From Mustelus asterias (Eukaryota): DNA of 64,000 nucleotides. Both the position numbers and the translations under genes were made by a program. Within the stretch, counting starts at the first letter, position 1. The number at the start of each line of letters is the position of its first letter. Of this stretch, positions 1 to 11,795 are shown in pieces. The notes beneath the pieces are model-generated. The model was not told where the DNA came from, did no database searches, and saw only the letters and a list, made by a program, of their open reading frames with translations. Where the stretch lies: assembly GCF_964213995.1 (NCBI RefSeq), contig NW_027590143.1, forward strand, positions 930,001-994,000, in the 5' to 3' direction.

Positions 1-162
1 TATCTTTGGACTGTGGGAGGAAACCGGAGCACCCGGAGGGAACCCACGCAGATACAAGGAGAATGTGCAAACTCCACACAGACAGTGACCCAAGCTGGGA
101 ATCGAACCCAGGTCCCTGGAGCTGTGAAGCAGCAGTGCTAACCACTACGCTACGGTGCCGCC
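1..162 (-). mobile_element. tRNA-derived SINE (HE1/V-SINE-like), 5' part
   Basis: Reverse complement reads GGGCGGCACCGTAGCGTAGTGGTTAGCACTGCTGC...GGGTTCGATTCCC (A/B boxes), followed by the body shared with other copies in the window. Confidence 0.8.
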
Positions 163-432
163 CATTTGTCTGTTTGTGTGTGTACGTTTGCGAGTTTGCT
201 TGTGTCTGCTTGTCTCAGTGTGTTTTTCTGAATGTGTGTGTGTGTGCGTGTGTTGGTCTCGCATTGTGTGTGTGTGTGAACATTTGAAAAAAAGAAATGT
301 ATGATATACTTGGCATTATGGTGACATGGCTCCAAGGTTAGCAAGGATGGGAACTAAACATTGAGGGCCATTCGATGTTTAGGAAGGACAGACAGAAAGC
401 AAAAAAATGGAGTACATTGTTTCTTAAAGCGG

Positions 433-745
433 GGCGGCACGGTGGCAGAGTGGTTAGCACTGCTGCCTCGATGGCAGGGGCCCGGGTACAATTCCGAACT
501 CGGATCACTGTCTGTGTGGAGTTGGCACATTCTTCCCGTGTCTGCTTGGGTTTCCTCCGGGTGCCTCGGTTTCCTCCCACAGTCCAAAGATGTGTGGGTT
601 AGCTTGATTGGCCATCCGAAATTGACCCTCGTGTCAGGGGATTGACAGGATAAATAATTTGGGTTACGGAAATAGGGCCGGGATTGTGGTCGGTGCAGAC
701 TCAATAATCCGAGTGGCCTCCTTCTGCACTGTAGGGATCCTATGT
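433..745 (+). mobile_element. tRNA-derived SINE (HE1/V-SINE-like)
   Basis: GGGCGGCACGGTGGCAGAGTGGTTAGCACTGCTGCC head, TGTGTGGAGTT.GCAC..GGTTTCCTCCCACAGTCCAAAGATGTG body and a CR1-like 3' tail. Confidence 0.8.
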
Positions 746-769
746 GATATTGAAGAAAGATATTAGCAC

Positions 770-2098
770 AGCGGATGTGGAAGACTGGTAAGGGAACTGT
801 GGCCAAGCCATCGCGTACAAGGGAAGAAGAAACATACAAATTGGTAAATAAATCCATCGACCTGAGAATTTGGAGCAGTTTCAATTCAGCACAAAAGGAC
901 CCAGGAATTGATTCGGAAGGGAAAAAATAGAGTGTGAAAGTAAGAAGGCGGGAAACATAACAAATAGTTGATCCATTTGTGGGCATTTTCGAAAAAATAT
1001 TTAGACTCTAAACTGGTCGCCACAGATTGGAGGGTAGCTAATATACGCCCGCCATTCAAAAAGGGAGGTAGAGAGAAATAGGGTGAACCATAAGGCAAAG
1101 AGCCGAACATTAGAACTAGGAAATTGCTCGAATCAATTATTAAGGATTTCATAACTCAGCATTTGGAAGGCAGTGGTAAAATCAGACGAAGTCAACATGG
1201 ATTTGCAAAGGGGAAATCATGCTTGGCAAATCTATTGGAATTGTGTGAGAATGTAACTAGTAGAGGTGACCAAGGAAAACTGGTGGGTATGGGTTATTTA
1301 GACTTTAAAATGCTTTCGGCAAGGTCTCATATAGCGTACGACCATAAAAGTGGCATGGATAGTGTATTGAGCTGGATAGAAAGCTGCTTAGCAGATAGGA
1401 AGCAAAGAGTTGGCAGAAATGAGTGTTTTTCCAATTGGCTGGTAGTGACCAGTGGGGTACCGCAGGGATCCACGCTAGGAGCCCAACTGTTCTTATTGTG
1501 TATAATTGATTTCAAAGAGGGAACTAAATGTGTTTTCTCCAATTTGCAGGTGACGCAAAGTTAGGTGAGAGGGTGAGCTCTGAGAAGGATGCAGCGATGC
1601 TTCAGCCTGATTTAAACAGGCAGAGTGAATGGACATATGCATCGAAGATGCAGTATAATGTGGGCAAATGCGAGATCATCCACTTCGGAGGCAACAATAG
1701 GACGGCAGATTATTATTTGAATAAATTGAGCGGTGAATATTCAGCGACAGCTTGGCATCCATGTGTATTGGCGCTGAAAGAAAGCACCACAGGTTCAGCA
1801 GGCGGTAAAGAAGGCAAGTGGTATGCTGGCCTTCATAACGACAGGATTTGAGTATAAGGATAGGGATATTTTACTGCAATTTTACAGGGCGTTGGTGAGC
1901 CCACAACTGGAGTATTGTGTGCAGTGTTGGTGTCCTTATCTGAGGAAGGATGTCCTTACTGCAGAGCGAGGGCAATGAAGATTTACCAGACTGATTCCTG
2001 GTCTGTCGTGTGAGGAGAGACGAAGTCAGTTAGGATTATATTATGTGGAGTTTAGAAGAGTGAGAGGGAATCTCATAGAGACTGATAAAATTCTAAAA
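770..2098 (+). mobile_element. Decayed CR1 LINE (ORF2 RT region), 5' part of an element split by a younger CR1
   Basis: Frameshifted RT fragments (QHGFAKGKSCLANL, SGVPQGSTLG). The element resumes at ~4581. Confidence 0.8.
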
Positions 2099-2099
2099 A

Positions 2100-4580
2100 T
2101 ACATCGACTGGCAGACTCAAGTCGGTAAGGGTGGAATGGAGGAAGAGTACTTAGAATGCTGTCGGGATAGTTTCCTTGAACAGCATGTTACGGAACCGAC
2201 GAGGGAACGAGCTATTTTGGATCTGGTATTGTGTAACGAGGTAGGTAGAATTAAGGATCTTATTGTGAAGGACCCTCTTGGGTCTAGTGACCACAATATG
2301 GTCGAATTTCTGATTCAGATGGAAGAGGAGAAAGTTTGGTCCCAAACAAGTGTCCTCTGTTTGAACAGAGGGAAATATGATAGGATGAGGGATGAATTGG
2401 CTAAGGTAGACTGGGAGAGCAAGCTGGCAGGTAGGATAGCTGAGGAACAGTGGAGGGTTTTTAAGGAGATCCTTTTCAGTTCTCAGCAAAAATATATTCC
2501 AGCAAAAAACAAGGATTGTAAGAAAAGGGAGAACCAGCCGTGGATAACGAAGGAAATAAAGGAGAGTATTAAAATAAAAACAGCTGCGTACAGAGTGGCC
2601 AAAAATAGTGGAGAAACAAGTGATTGGGAAAAATTTAAGAAACAAAAAAGAGAGACGAAGAAAGCGATAAAGAAAGGAAGGATAGACTATGAAGCTCGGC
2701 TAGCAATTAATATAAAAAATGAAAGTAAAAGTTTTTATAAATATATAAAAAGGAATAGAGTGGCTAGAGTGAATGTTGGACCCTTGGAGGACGAGAGGGG
2801 GGAGTTAATAGTGGGAAATGAGGATATGGCTGAGTCTTTAAATAAGTTTTTTGTGTCGGTCTTCACGGTGGAGGACACAAATAGTTTGCCAAATATTAAC
2901 GATAGAGGGTTGGCAGCAGGAGAAATACTTAATACAATTAATGTTACCAGAGAGGCAGTGCTGGGTAGACTAATGGGACTGAAGGTGGACAAGTCCCCGG
3001 GTCCGGATGGAATGCATCCCAGGGTATTGAAAGAAATGTCAGAGGTAATAGTGGATGCGTTAGTGATTATTTATCAAAACTCGTTGCATTCTGGGGTAGT
3101 GCCGGTTGATTGGAAAACGGCTAATGTTACGCCGCTGTTTAAAAAAGGAAGGAGACAAAAGGCGGGTAACTATAGGCCGGTCAGCTTAACGTCTGTAGTA
3201 GGGAAAATGCTGGAATCCATTATTAAAGAGGAGATAGCAGGGCATCTGGATAGAAATGGTTCGATCAATCAGACACAGCATGGATTCATGAGGGGAAAGT
3301 CGTGCTTGACGAACATGTTGGATTTTTATGAAGATGTGACTAGGGCGGTTGATGGAGGAGAACCAGTGGATGCGGTGTTTTTGGATTTCCAAAAGGCGTT
3401 TGATAAGGTGCCCCATAAAAGGCTGCTGAAGAAGATTAGGGCACACGGAGTTGGGGGTAGTGTGTTAAAGTGGATTGGGGACTGGCTATCCGACAGGAAG
3501 CAAAGAGTCGGAATAAATGGGTGTTTTTCCGGTTGGAGGAAGGTAACTAGTGGCGTGCCGCAGGGATCGGTACTCGGGCCGCAACTATTTACCATTTATA
3601 TAGATGATCTGGAGGAGGGGACGGAGTGTAGGGTAACGAAGTTTGCAGACGACACAAAGATAAGTAGAAAAGTGAATCGTGTGGAGGACGGAGAAGATCT
3701 GCAGAGAGATTTGGACAGGCTGAGTGAGTGGGCGAGGATATGGCAAATGGAGCATAACGTTGATAAATGCGAGGTTATACACTTTGGAGGAAATAATAAC
3801 AAATGGGATTACTATCTCAATGGAAACAAATTAAAACATGCTACCGTGCAAAGGGACCTGGGGGTCCTTGTGCATGAGACACAAAAGCCCAGTCTGCAGG
3901 TACAACAGGTGATCAAGAAGGCAAATGGGATGTTGGCCTATATCGCGAGGGGGATAGAATATAAAAGCAGGGATGTCTTGATGCACCTGTACAGGGCATT
4001 GGTGAGGCCGCAGCTGGAATACTGTGTGCAGTATTGGTCCCCTTATATGAGGAAGGATATATTGGCATTGGAGGGAGTGCAGAGAAGGTTCACCAGGTTG
4101 ATACCGGAGATGAGGGGTTTGGATTATGAGGAGAGGCTGAGGAGATTGGGTTTGTACTCGTTGGAGTTTAGAAGGATGAGGGGGGATCTTATGGAGACTT
4201 ATAAGATAATGCGGGGGCTGGATAGGGTGGAGGCGGAGAGATTCTTTCCACTTAGTAAGGAAGTTAAAACTAGAGGACACAGCCTCAAAATAAAGGGGGG
4301 TCGGTTTAAGACAGAGTTGAGGAGGAACTTCTTCTCCCAGAGGGTGGTGAATCTCTGGAATTCTCTGCGCACTGAGGTGGTGGAGGCTACCTCGCTGAAT
4401 ATGTTTAAAGCGCGGATGGATGGATTCCTGATCGGAAAGGGAATTAAGGGTTATGGGGATCAGGCGGGTAAGTGGTACTGATCCACGTCAGATCAGCCAT
4501 GATCTTATTGAATGGCGGGGCAGGCTCGAGGGGCTAGATGGCCTACTCCTGCTCCTATTTCTTATGTTCTTATGTTCTTA
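2100..4580 (+). mobile_element. Young 5'-truncated CR1 LINE with an uninterrupted 781-aa ORF2 fragment (2136-4481)
   Basis: End of the endonuclease (LGSSDHN), RT motifs YRPVSLTS, QHGF, LDFQKAFDKVPH, GVPQGSVLGP, KFADD, and a 3' tail of (TTCTTATG)n at ~4559-4580. Confidence 0.95.
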
Positions 4581-4930
4581 TTAGACAGGGTAAATTCAGA
4601 AAGATTATCCCAGAAGGCTGGGGAGTCCAGAACTAGGGGGTCATAGTCTGAGGATAAGGGGTAAAACCTTTAGAACTGAGGTGAAGAGAAACTTCATCAC
4701 CCAGACAGTGGTGAATCTGTGGAATTCACTAGCACAGGAAGTGATTATGACCAAAACGTTGCTGGATTTCAAGAAGAAATTAGATATAGCTCTTGGGGCT
4801 AAAGGGAGCAAGGGATCTGGAGGGAAGGCACGATCAGGATATTCAATTTGATGATCATCCATGATCATAATGAGTGGCGAAGAAGGCTCGAAAGGCCGAA
4901 AGGCCTTTTCCGGTTTCTATTTTTTCTGTT
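4581..4930 (+). mobile_element. 3' remainder of the older CR1 split by the 2100-4580 insertion
   Basis: TTAGACAGGGTA...AGAACTAGGGGGTCATAGTCT...GTGAATCTGTGGAATTC continues the sequence broken at ~2098. Confidence 0.75.
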
Positions 4931-5678
4931 TCTGTGTGTGTGGGTCTGTGTATGTTTTTTTGTTTTCCCTGAGCAACAGTGTATATCTTTCTCTGCATGT
5001 TCTTTTGATACTGCATGTGTGTGTCTGTCTGGGGCTCTGTGTGGGTGTATCCGTGTGTATGATTTCTGAGATTCTGTTTGTGTGTGTCTGAGTGTGTGTA
5101 TTTAGCTGAAAGGCAGCGTGTGTGTATGTGTGTCTGAGTTTGTCTGAGCATTTGTGTCTGCTCTATGAGAGTGTGTGTGTTTCTATGTGCTTGTTTGAGT
5201 GTGTATATATTTGTGTTGTCTGAGAGTGTGTGTTTGTGTTTGCTTGTCAATGTGTGTGTGTGTGCGCCTGTGTGTGTGTTTATCTGACAGTGTGAGTATC
5301 TATGCATGTGCTTGTGTGCATGTATGTATCTGTGTGTGTGCGTGTATATATGTGTGTGTGTCATTTTGCCTGAGGTAATCTGTGTGTCTTTGTCTACGTC
5401 TGTGATTGTGTGTGTGTCAGCTTTTGTCTAAGAGAGTTTGCATTTTTGTCTGAGTGTGTGTGTATGCCTATGGGTGTGTGTTTGTGTGCGTGTATTTGTC
5501 TGAGCGTTTGGGTGCGTGTTTGTATGTGTGTTTGTTTCTGATTGTCTGAGTGTGTGTGCGCGTTTACCTGAGTGTGTGTGCATGTCTGAGTGTGCGTTTT
5601 TCTGTGTGCGTGTTTGTTTGAGTGTGTGTATGTGCGTGTGTGAGAGTATGTGTGCTTGAGAGAGAGAGTGAGAGAGAT
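4931..5678. repeat. Degenerate (TG)n/(GA)n microsatellite field
   Basis: About 750 bp of interrupted TG dinucleotide repeats ending in GA repeats. Confidence 0.9.
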
Positions 5679-6287
5679 TCCTCACTATACTCCATGACTG
5701 CAAGGTTCTGGTCTTACTGATGGGGCTCCCTTGCACTGAAGCACTTACAGTAGCTCCTGCTCATCGCATGCTCACTTTTCGATTAACTCTTTCAGCGCTG
5801 AGCCGTTAGGTTCAAATCTACAGCACACATAAGAACAGATCAATTTCCATGTCCTGAAACCGTCGAAACAGCCCAGAATGTGCCTTTCTTTCTGCTTTTG
5901 GACTCTGCAGTTGTACTTATGGTTCTTGCCGTTTGCAGCCTAATGTTTGAGTTGTATTATTTTCTGCACCTCTGGTCATCCAGAGGAAAGACAGAGAGAA
6001 TCGTGGCATCCGCCTGTTCCCGCTGTGCAATGGGCAGTCAGCAGGGGGCGGACGTAGGGCGCATCTGGACACTGAAACAGAAATGTTCATGCATTCATAT
6101 AGGTTGCTCAATAATTAATTCAAATCTGAATAACATATTTGGAAGGTGGAGATCGTAGGACAGTGACCATGTCACTGGAGAGTCCCAGACTAATATTATG
6201 GGCACACGGGTTCAATCCAATTCCCCACCCAGCACCCTCAGTGCACCGAATGCAATGTGAATTTTTGCATTCAACAATAACTTTTAA

Positions 6288-6590
6288 GTTTATTTATTTG
6301 TGTCACAGGTAGGCTTACATTAATACTGCAATAATGTCACTGTGAAAATCCTCTAGTCGTCACACTCCGGCGCCTGTTCCAGTACATTGATGTAGAATTT
6401 AGCTTGGTCAATGCACCTAACCAGTACATCTTTCAGACTGTAGGAGGAAACCGGAGCACCCGGAGAAAACCTAAGCAGACACGGGGACAACGTGCACACT
6501 CCGCACAGATAGTGACCCAGGCCAGGAATCGAACCCGGGTCCCTGGTGCTATGATGCAGCAGTGCTAACCACTATGTCAATGTCCCGCCA
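6288..6590 (-). mobile_element. tRNA-derived SINE (HE1/V-SINE-like)
   Basis: Same head and body as the other copies, in reverse orientation. Confidence 0.75.
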
Positions 6591-7104
6591 ATCTGGGTTT
6601 AGATAGGAAGGCGAGAAAGAACATACTTGTTATAGATGGGGTGCACCACAAGTTCACCAGACTGATACTTGGGATGTAAGCATTGTCCTTTGAGGAGAGA
6701 TTGAGGTGTGCATTCAATTAAATTCTGAAGAATGGGAGATCTCATTGAAAGATATGCATTTCTGACAATTCCAGGATTATGACCCAGCAGTCCTGAAGGA
6801 ACTGCCGATATATTTCCAAGTCGGGATGGTGAGTGACTTGGAGGGTGAATCTCCTTTTGATGGTGTCCTCAGGTATCTACTGCCCTTGTGATTTTATCGC
6901 GGTAATGGCTGTGGCTCGTGGAAGTATTGTCTGGTGCTCTGGAAACACGAGTTCAAATCCCACCAACGATGACAGGTGGAATTTAAATTTAATTAATAAA
7001 AATGCAGATTTGAAAATTCGGCTGAATAATAGAGAACTTAAGAAAACTGTCATCCGTTGTTGCATAAGCACATTCTGCGCAGCAATGCTGTATCAATGCT
7101 CAAT

Positions 7105-7510
7105 GGAGTTTGGAAGAAAATGGGGGTTCTTATAGAAACGCATACAATTATGAAAGGAATAGATAAGATAGAAGCAAGGAGGTTGTTTCCATAGCAAATG
7201 AAATTAGAACTAAGGGACAAGACCTCAAAATAAAGATGAGGAGATTTTGGACTGTGTTGAGGAGGAACCTCTTCACCTAAATGGCTGTGAATCTGTATAA
7301 ATCCCTGCCCAGTGAAGCAGTTGAGGCTACATCGTTAAGCGTTTTTAAGGTAAAGATAGATTTTTGAGCAGTAAAGGAATTCAGGGTTATGGTGAGCGGG
7401 CGGGTAAGCGGAGCTGAGCCCATGAAAAAATCAGCCATAATCTTATTGAATGGCGGATCAGGCTCGGAGGGCCAGATGGCCTATTCCTGCTTCTAGTTTT
7501 TATGTTCTTT
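7105..7510 (+). mobile_element. CR1 LINE 3' fragment
   Basis: Decayed ORF2 C-terminus and a 3' UTR similar to 4480-4580. Confidence 0.75.
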
Positions 7511-8829
7511 CAGAAAGGAAATCTGCCGACAACCTGGACTATGTGTGAGAAAAGACCTAGAGAAATGTGGCCGACATTTAGCTATCTTCTGAAATGTTTA
7601 GTGAGACAAGAGGCGAGAGGCTGCAGCAACCACATAGGGCGGAAGAATAAAAATAACTCGTCATCTCTTACATCTTCCAGCCTTCATGCAAAGACATCAA
7701 TCTGAAACCTTAACTCGGTTTCTCACTTGCACAGTTACTGGCTGGCATGATGCAAGCAGCGTTTCCTGTTTTTGTCTGAAATGCTGCACTTTGGCCTCTT
7801 AAGTTCACGTTGGTTTCTTCCCTGAAAAGAAATGTGTGGCTCATTTCGAGAATTCCAACGCACAGCCTGTTTTCATCTTCACTCTTCCTGCCTACGAGTC
7901 CCTCCTCAGCCTGCTGCAATGCTCCAGTAAAGGAGCTAGATTCTTAGTAAACAAGGAGGGTGAAAGGTGATCAGTGTTGGCAGAAGCTTATAATAAGATC
8001 AGCCATAATCTTATTTACTGGCAGAGCAGGCCGGAAGTGACCAACTCCTACTTCTCAGTCCCCTGTATGTTACTGTATACATATTAAAATTTCGCGGTGG
8101 CTTGGTAAGGTGCACGTGTAAGAGACGTAGCAAGAATTGTTCCTGAATCGAAGATGAGCAAGTCGGGTTTACATTGCCAATTGTTAGGGTTTGGGATTCA
8201 TTGTCTCAAAGACCAGAGTAAACATTTTCCGTGGTGACTTTCGAAAGAGAATGATTACAAAATCGAAAATATAACATGTCGAGGGACATGTGCCAACGGC
8301 AAATGCAGTGGGGTTTGTTTTAGCTCATTGAGATAGCAAGCATGCGCTCGTTAGGCCGAATTGCCTCGTTCTTTAATGTATGAACCGGATGAATGACATG
8401 ATTGACTGGAGTGCAACACTTTCATTTGATTCACTAATAGTTGCTGCCTGAAGAATCGGTTAAACAGATACTTGTTAATTCTTGGATTCTTTCTCAATAA
8501 TTTTCATTCATTGGGCTGAGTATTATTGGCAAGGCCAAAAATTGTTGCTAGTCCGAAACGCAAATGACTGCGGATTCTATAATCCAAAACAAAAACAAAA
8601 CATTCTGAAATATCTCAGTGGGTCTGACAGCATCTGCGGAGAGAGAATGGAGCCAAAGTTTCGAGTCTCGATGACGATTCGTCAGGGCCATCCGGACTCG
8701 AAACGCTAACACTATTCTCTCTTCACAGATGATGTCAGAAGTGCAGAGCTTTTCCAGCATTTTCTGGTTTTGTGTTGCTCTTGCTAATTGCCCTTGAACA
8801 GTATAGTTTGCTCATGGCCATCTCCCCAG

Positions 8830-9147
8830 GGGAGGGAATGGCGTAGTGATATTATCGCTCGAGTATCAATCCAAAAACTCAGCTAATGTTCTGGGGTCCC
8901 GTGTTTGAAACACAATTCAATAAAAATATCTGAAATTTCGAATCTACTGATGACAGTAAAATCATTGCCAATTGTCAGAAAAAAACAGTTGGGTCACGAT
9001 GTCCTTTGGGGAAGGAAATCTGCCGTGCTTACCTGGTTTGGCCAACACGTGAGTCTAGAGCCACATCAATGTGGTTGACTGTCAACTGCCCTCCAAGGGC
9101 AACTGGAGATGGGCAATAAACGCCCATGTTCCAAGAATGAATAAACA
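8830..9147 (+). mobile_element. Second SINE family (SacSINE1/Deu-SINE-like). Further copies at ~20335-20650 (+), ~29905-30240 (-), ~45360-45670 (+)
   Basis: tRNA-like head GGCGTAGTG.TATT.TC.CT and the conserved core GGAAGGAAATCTGCCGT.CTTACCTGGT.TGGCC...GGGCAATAAA, repeated at the listed sites. The family name is from recall, not a search. Confidence 0.6.
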
Positions 9148-10059
9148 ATACTGCGTGTCAGGAGTCTCATGAAAGCCAGACGGCGTAAAGACCGCAGATT
9201 TTCTTTCTTAAGGCGGGGAAGCTCGACTGAATTGGGGAGTTGGAATGGGGTTATACGAGGAAAGATCGGACAGAGTTCATTGGAGTGCAGAAGATTGAGT
9301 GATGATTTTTTGAAACATATATGATCTTTTTTGGGCGGGGGGGGGGCGGTTGTTGTGGGGAGGTGGGGGTTCGGAGGGGTAATGGGGCCAGCGGTGTGAG
9401 GGTGGAAGCTGACGGAATGTTTAACCTTTGCGGGACAGATAGGAAAGAGGGCGAAGAAAATAATTGTTTCTTCTCTCAGATGCCTGTATGCCTTTGGAAC
9501 TGTCGTCTGCAGAAATCTACTGCAGCTTCAGTCGCTGGGAAAGTCTCTGAAAAGATTCATGCTTGTCGACAGTTGGCAACATCTGGCCTCTCACCCCTCC
9601 CCCCGCACTGCCTAACTGCCACCTCGCTGCTGGAGTTTCCAGTCCCGGGTGATTAAACCACACGTTCTGGTCTTTGAGTAAACTGAGAGGCTCAGCGACC
9701 TCTTGACTGAAACCGCACACTCGGCCCACTTCCTGCTGCCGTTGGTCGCCTTGTCAACCAGACCCTGGTTCCCCCAATCAGCAGTGAACGCATGTATCAT
9801 TTTATCTCAACAGTTTCTATCAAAATAAGCAAGCCAAAGTCGATTAACCCCCCTACTGCCGAGAAGCAAAAGAAAATCAACACCTGATAGGAAATTTAGA
9901 GCATGGACTTCGAGACTGAGAAGAGTAATTTGTGCCATTCCTGTTAGAGAGCTGGATCATTCCTCTTAAAATATCAAGTACAGGTTGAGAAGTCACACGA
10001 AAGTTTTATGGGTTTGTTGCTAGGGAGAGCGATCTCTGGGCAAGTCATCCAGAGTCCTC

Positions 10060-10378
10060 GGCACAGTGGTTAGCTCTGCAGTGCCAGAGGTACGGGTTCG
10101 ATTCCAGCCTCGGGTGGCTGCCTGTGTTGAGTTTGCACGTTCTCGCCGTGTCTGCGTGGGTTTCATCCGGGTGCTCTGGTCTCCCTCAGTCCAAGGATGT
10201 ACAGATTGGGTAGATTGGCCATGACAAAATGCACCTTTGTGTCCCACAGATGTGCAGGTTAGGTGGATTGACCGTGGGCAGAGCGGAGGGTCTGGGTTGA
10301 TTTCTCTTTCGGAGAATCAGTGCAGACTCGATGGGCCGAACGGCCACTTTCTGCAGTGTATGGTTTTTACGATTCTAT
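10060..10378 (+). mobile_element. tRNA-derived SINE (HE1/V-SINE-like)
   Basis: GGCACAGTGGTTAGC...GGGTTCGATTCC head and conserved body. Confidence 0.75.
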
Positions 10379-11044
10379 TATTATATTCTATGGTGAACAC
10401 GGGCACAAAACCCACCATGATCAATTGTTCCTCCCTCCCCCTTCAGGGGTGTTGTAACGGCATGACGATTAATCCAGAAAGCCAGGGCTAAAGCTTTGGA
10501 CACACATGAGGATTGCATTCCTGCCATGGCAGTTGGAGAAATCTGAATTCAATAAAAGCAACCTGGAATTCAACAATCGAACCATGAGTCAATTGTTGCT
10601 AAAACCCATCTGGTTCACTACCTGAGACTTCAAGTACAACACCATGGTCAATGCAAGCCACGCGGTTCAATGGTGATTCGGGATGGGAAATACATTCTGG
10701 CCCTGCCGGAAATGCACGTACCGCTGGGTGAAGCAACAAATACATTGTGTGTGGGAGTCTCTGGCCTGGCTAACGTTTATAGCCCATTCCAAATGGCCCT
10801 AATCACTGCTGCAGCCAATGTAGTCAAACCAGGCACAGGAGCAGCGTTTCGCTTTGGGTATTGGGAACATTTTTGGGTTCTTCTCGCTTCCAGGTGACCA
10901 GTTAGCTCTTCAATTCGTTATTCCTATCAGGAATTACCTTAACTTCCATTGTTTTTCGTTGTTATATTTTTCGGCGGGTTGGGGAGGGGGGTGGGGCGGG
11001 TGGGGGTGGGGGAGGATGTGAGTGGGGGGACGGCATTATAATGG

Positions 11045-11795
11045 TTAGACCACCAAAATAAAAGCGTTTCTGAAAGGAGGGTTGTGACAAGTGGCGTTCC
11101 TCAGGGGTCAGTGCTGGGACTTTGCTGTTTGTAATATATATAAATGATTTGGAAGAAAATGTAACTGGATTGATTTGTAAGTTTGCAGACGAAACAAAGG
11201 TTGGTAGATTTGCGGATTGGTAGACCTGCAGATAGCGATGAGGACCATCTGAGGATGCAGCAGGATATAGATCGGTTACAGGCTTGGGCGGAGAGATGGC
11301 AGATGGAGCTCAATCCGGACAAATGTGAGGTAATGCATTTTGGAAGGTATAATGCAGATAGGAAATATACAGTAAAGGGCAGAACCCTGAAGAGTATTGA
11401 TAGCAGAGGGATCAGGTGTAAAGGTCATTGAAAGTGGCAACCCAGGTGGAAAAGGTAGTCAAGAAGGCATACGGCATGCTTGCCTTCATTAGCCGGGGCA
11501 TTGAATTTAAAAATTGGCAAGTCATGTTGCAGCTTATAGAACCTTAGTTAGGCCGCACTTGGAATATAGTGTTCAATTCTGGTCGCTACACTACCAGAAA
11601 GATGTGGAGGCTTTGGAGAGGGTACATAAAAGATTTACCGGGATGGTGCCTGGTATGGAGGGCATTAGTTATGAGGGGAGATTGGAGAAACTTGCGTTGT
11701 TCTCACTGGAACGACGGAGGTTGAGGGGTGACCTGATAAAAATGTGCAAGATTATGAGGGGCATTGACAGAGTGGGTAGTCAGAAGCTTTTTTCA
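11045..11795 (+). mobile_element. Decayed CR1 LINE RT fragment
   Basis: GVPQGSVLG and WQMELNPDKCEVMHFG fragments, truncated where the minus-strand CR1 tail begins. Confidence 0.8.

Noticed and set aside
433-510. tRNA-like sequences at SINE heads
   Set aside because: They are SINE promoter regions continuous with SINE bodies, not tRNA genes.
4848-5736. ORFs rich in HT/CV repeats (also 21123-21365, 24242-25228)
   Set aside because: They are translations of TG/CA microsatellites, not genes.
5749-5817. Possible small minus-strand exon (tag|...|gtaagt) downstream of C-delta
   Set aside because: Stops occur in all three frames and there is no supporting context. It could be chance.
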